From: Candidatus Cloacimonadales bacterium | GTDB taxonomy: Bacteria; Cloacimonadota; Cloacimonadia; Cloacimonadales; JAFGVF01 | Direction: 5' to 3' | Assembly: GCA_963662585.1 (NCBI GenBank) | Contig: OY759729.1 | Coordinates: 448,001 to 512,000 of the forward strand | Length of the DNA: 64,000 nt | In this document: piece after piece, positions 60,500 through 64,000 of the stretch | How the letters are laid out: the number at the start of each line of letters is the position of its first letter | How positions within the stretch are numbered: position 1 is the first letter of the stretch | The notes under the pieces: model-generated | What the model was told of the DNA's origin: nothing | Databases searched by the model: none | The model's input: only the letters and a program-made list of their open reading frames with translations | Program-made: the position numbers and the translations under genes

Positions 60500-60522
60500 A
60501 AGTTATATCAATTTTTATTTAC

Positions 60523-61323
60523 TTATTGAGCAAGTGCTTTAATAAGATTATTTATTTTAAGAACTTTCTTTTCTGTATCAATATTTTTGTAACTATATTC
60601 TTCATTATAATCATCTGAAGCTAAAACAATGATGTTTTTTCCTGACAGCTTATAATTAATAGCTTGAACACCATATTCATACCAACTATAACCAGGTATT
60701 ATATATTGTGAGTAATTACTTTTTGAGAAGGTATAACTTCTTGTTGAGCCACTTACTTCAGCATCAAGCCAAACACCATCATCAGAATCATCCCAAAAAT
60801 AACTTTCACATTGGAAATCAACAACTTGGCTTTGTGCATTTTCACTTAATGTCCAATTAACAGTAAAATCACTTTCTAAGTCTAAAGCCTGAGTTTGAAC
60901 ATTTGGTTTTGCAGGCAGTGTCATAACTTGGTTATAGCTAGTTCCATTGAGATTAAAATGAATATCTAATTCTGTTCCAGGATCCATAACTAATTCTGTA
61001 GGTATCATAGAGTTATCAATAAGAATACCATAAGAGAAATATTGATCGAATTGAGAGAAATCCATCCAGTTACCGTTAATATCAATAACATTACCATTAA
61101 TAGTTAACTCACTTGATGTGACATTATCCTTGGTTGCTATCATTATCCTAAATTCACTATCAGTTCCACTAATAAACAAATAAGAATCTAAGGCTGAGAA
61201 AGGATCATCAGACGAGAAATCTACTGATGTTGGCGAAGAGCTTGAGCTATTACTATCATCTCCGCACCCAATCATACTAGCTAATAAAAAAATAATACTA
61301 AACAAATAAATGACTTTTTTCAC
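60523..61323 (-). CDS. Lipoprotein of unknown function
   Basis: GTG start after AAAGGAG; lipobox MIGC; Ser-rich linker; beta-rich body. Confidence 0.75.
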   Translation of the reverse strand: MKKVIYLFSIIFLLASMIGCGDDSNSSSSSPTSVDFSSDDPFSALDSYLFISGTDSEFRIMIATKDNVTSSELTINGNVIDINGNWMDFSQFDQYFSYGILIDNSMIPTELVMDPGTELDIHFNLNGTSYNQVMTLPAKPNVQTQALDLESDFTVNWTLSENAQSQVVDFQCESYFWDDSDDGVWLDAEVSGSTRSYTFSKSNYSQYIIPGYSWYEYGVQAINYKLSGKNIIVLASDDYNEEYSYKNIDTEKKVLKINNLIKALAQ

Positions 61324-61744
61324 TTTTACTCCTTTTTACCATTATAGTACAAACATAATTAAGTTCTTATATCATTATCGTCAAGAAAAATAAATTCATG
61401 TGAATTATAAAAATCTACTTAAATGATAATTCATAGAAATAAAGGGATATTTTCAAAATTATGATTAAGGACATTAACTGTTCATAATCAAGAGATTAAA
61501 AAGCAAAATAGTAAGAAAGGAACTGGATCAAATAAGAAATGCGTGTAATCAGGCAAGACTATATAATTAGCAGGATTTGTTGATAAGGGTTTTATCTTTC
61601 AATCAGAGCGGAATTAACAATAATTTATATAATGATTTTTTAAGAATAATTATAAACTAAAAGGTAACAAACTATTTTCTTAATTTGCCAAATAGCTTTT
61701 TTGGATTAGTATCTATTATTATATTAAAAATATTGGAGAATTAA

Positions 61745-61987
61745 ATGGAAAAGAGACTTTCAGTAATAGTATTCACTACTCCAACTTGTAGCTGGTGTAG
61801 AAAAGTGAAAAGTTATTTAAAAGAGAAGCAAGTTAGATTTAAAGAAGTAGATGTCTCAAGAGATGCTCAAGCTATGCGGGATATGGTAAAGAAATCAGGT
61901 CAAATGGGTGTTCCTCAGTTATGGATTAATAACAAACCTGTGGTTGGTTTTGATAAAGCTAAGATTGATAAATTAATTTCAAATTAA
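61745..61987 (+). CDS. Glutaredoxin-like protein (NrdH/YruB type)
   Basis: TTPTCSWC, SGQMGVP, VVGFD. Confidence 0.9.
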   Translation: MEKRLSVIVFTTPTCSWCRKVKSYLKEKQVRFKEVDVSRDAQAMRDMVKKSGQMGVPQLWINNKPVVGFDKAKIDKLISN

Positions 61988-62086
61988 ATGCCTTTTAGCA
62001 GTATCATCTTTGCAGGGGTTTATGGACTGGGGGCGTCTCTGCCGCCAGAAGAAATAAGAAGCAGGGACTCATCCATTCCTTATTAG

Positions 62087-62174
62087 GTGCTAGACTACTT
62101 AAGAATACCCAGCATTTCATGTTGGGTGCAGGCAAGATGCCTGCGTTCCCAGTTAGGGATGCTTCCACTCCATA
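62087..62174 (-). repeat. Inverted copy of 34989-35076 (half REP doublet)
   Basis: 84/88 identical by manual alignment. Confidence 0.9.
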
Positions 62175-62178
62175 GAAG

Positions 62179-62797
62179 AAAACACCCCGTCATCTTCGAT
62201 GCCACCCCTCTTTTAGCGTGCCTTCAGCACTAAAGCGGGGAGTTTAAGAGGTTTAGAACACGAGGCATTTCAGTCCCCTCTGGAGAAGAGGGGTGCCTGT
62301 GCAGCAGGTGGGGTGTTGAAAATGTACCAGTTTAAACTTCCATCTACAATTCCCATGGAAGCGGGGACGCTTCCATTCTATAGGAATCACCCCCTGTGTC
62401 CCCCTCGCGGAGGGGGATTTAAAAAACACCCCGTCATCTTCGATGCCACCCCTCTTTTAGCGTGCCTTCAGCACTAAAGCGGGGAATTTAAGATTCACGG
62501 ACTTAAGGTCCGTAACCCCAGTTAATCACTAAAGAGGGGAATTTAAATTGTAATAATCCCTCTTCTGTCGGATTGCATGCACCCTTGCATGCGAAAAACC
62601 TTATCAAAATCTTATATTATCTTAAGAAGAAACACGCGAGGTATTTCAGTCCCCTCTGGAGAAGAGGGGTGCCTGCGCAGCAGGCGGGGTGTTGAAAATG
62701 TATCAGATTAAACTGCCATCTACAATTCCCATGGAAGCGGGGACGCTTCCATTCTATAGGAATCACCCCCTGTGCCCCCCTCACGGAGGGGGATTTA
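62179..62797. repeat. A-B-A-x-B mosaic of GC-rich palindromic repeats
   Basis: A (71 bp) at 62179-62249 and 62423-62493, 1 mismatch; B (161 bp) at 62261-62421 and 62637-62797, 8 mismatches. Confidence 0.92.
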
Positions 62798-62803
62798 GGA
62801 AAT

Positions 62804-64000
62804 CTATTTTTGCAAAAGCATTTTTCTTTGAATAGTATTCTTATCAGTTTTTATTCTATAGAAGTAAAGGCCACTAGCTACAGGTCTATTTTGAGCATCT
62901 GTGCCATTCCAAACTACATTTTTGATACCTACAGATACTTGGTCATTAAGCAAAGTTTTCACTAATTGACCGCGTAAATTATAGATTTGCACATTAGCTT
63001 TACCAGCTTGAGGCATGTTAAAACTAATAGTAGTCTCAGGATTAAAAGGATTTGGGTAATTTGTCAGATTATAGCTAAGATTTAAAACATCAGTGTTATC
63101 ATTAGCAACACTATTATCAGATTGAAGATAAGGATAACCTGCATTGTTTAACTCTATATCCTCAGACCAAGTATCAGTAAAATCCCAATTCACATAGCAG
63201 TTATTACTAGAAGGGAAGGTCATTTCTTCTGTAGTTCTACCTTCTCCCCCATCACTAGTTGAGTATTCAGAAGCTTCCACATCCCAGTAGGAGTTATTTA
63301 TTATCGCGTTGTAATGATTTTCTCCGACAAAACCACCTACTAAGTAGTTATTTTCTACAATTACTTTACCGATTGAATAGCAGTTTTCGATAATAGCATC
63401 ATTCATTTCACTCACTACTTTGGCATTATAGCCTATGAAGCCACCAACCAATCCATCGATTTCAGATGTAACATCGCCAAGAGCGTAACAGTTGAGTATT
63501 GCAGAATCTCTGTTTACACCCATAAATCCACCGGCCCTAACATAAGAACCATATTCTCCTGTTGCAGTCACAGCGACATCCGCAAAGGATTTTGTAACCG
63601 AGCTATTACCTACACTTCCACCGATTAAGCCTCCGACCCAATATTCTGCTGTTATAGAACCTCTAGCATAACAGTTAGTAATCTCACATTCGGTACTGTA
63701 GCCAACTAAGCTTCCTGAATAGCCTTTAGCAGTAATATTTACATTTTCAAGTCCTAGATTTTCCACTCCAGCAGAACTGAATTCTCCAAAGAAGCCTACA
63801 TTTTCAGTGTTTGGTCTATTGATATAGAGGCCAATAATTTTATGATTATCGCCTTCATAGTAACCTGTAAATCTTTCGTAATCTTCTTGTGAATGCCAAT
63901 ATCCTATTGGTGACCAGCCAGCTCCGTTGTTCCAGTTTTGAGTATCAGAAGCATCAATATCTGCAATTTGAATAAAATAGCTATTCCAAGAACTACTATT
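62804..64000 (-). CDS. GLUG-motif secreted protein with C-terminal sorting domain, 5'-truncated by window edge
   Basis: Frame is open from 64000 (YFIQIADIDAS..WNNGAGWSPIG...); repeated VGG(L/F)(I/V)G motifs; NYPNPFNPET...RKMLLQK. Confidence 0.88.
   Translation of the reverse strand, partial: NSSSWNSYFIQIADIDASDTQNWNNGAGWSPIGYWHSQEDYERFTGYYEGDNHKIIGLYINRPNTENVGFFGEFSSAGVENLGLENVNITAKGYSGSLVGYSTECEITNCYARGSITAEYWVGGLIGGSVGNSSVTKSFADVAVTATGEYGSYVRAGGFMGVNRDSAILNCYALGDVTSEIDGLVGGFIGYNAKVVSEMNDAIIENCYSIGKVIVENNYLVGGFVGENHYNAIINNSYWDVEASEYSTSDGGEGRTTEEMTFPSSNNCYVNWDFTDTWSEDIELNNAGYPYLQSDNSVANDNTDVLNLSYNLTNYPNPFNPETTISFNMPQAGKANVQIYNLRGQLVKTLLNDQVSVGIKNVVWNGTDAQNRPVASGLYFYRIKTDKNTIQRKMLLQK

Noticed and set aside
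4342..60618. Short overlapping or antisense ORFs (e.g. 4342-4587, 17956-18261, 22734-23015, 28310-28612, 51577-51846, 60253-60618)
   Set aside because: Shadow frames of well-supported genes with no recognisable motifs.
62179..62797. Diversity-generating retroelement TR/VR pair
   Set aside because: Both copies are non-coding, mismatches are not adenine-specific, and no reverse transcriptase is present.
52264..64000. tRNA-anchored genomic island
   Set aside because: No integrase and no duplicated tRNA 3' end seen within the window; composition looks similar to the rest.

Overview
AT-rich chromosomal window (GC roughly 30%, judged by eye) from a diderm bacterium. Cloacimonadota/FCB group is an inference from four proteins with NYPNPF...KM(I/L)LxK C-terminal sorting domains, a gingipain-type C25 protein and choice-of-anchor-type surface proteins. 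It holds about 43 genes: umuDC, an M18 aminopeptidase, a secreted nuclease, PpiD-like, glmM, a roughly 15-kb minus-strand gene run (msbA-like, tagD, two TagB/F-like, ATP-grasp, GT9, LicD, LicC-like, tatD, tcdA, DUF2851, a TerB/FHA/ABCG fusion), two large divergent surface proteins, a large beta-barrel, a HisRS paralog, ybeY, fadL-like, dcp, a frameshifted satP, tRNA-Ser(GGA) and a hybrid kinase with a degenerate ATP-binding domain. No transposase, integrase, cas gene or true CRISPR array was seen. The most unusual content is non-coding. (i) A MITE with terminal inverted repeats occurs as a short copy and as a copy with a perfect 8-bp target duplication that carries a 52/53-bp hairpin tandem array. 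(ii) A shared 3' cassette (last codons of the sorting domain + 33-bp palindromic units + terminator) forms long inverted repeats around two secreted-protein genes. (iii) Several GC-rich REP-like palindrome families are stacked in mosaics at gene 3' ends. All family assignments come from motif recognition by eye; no database searches were run.
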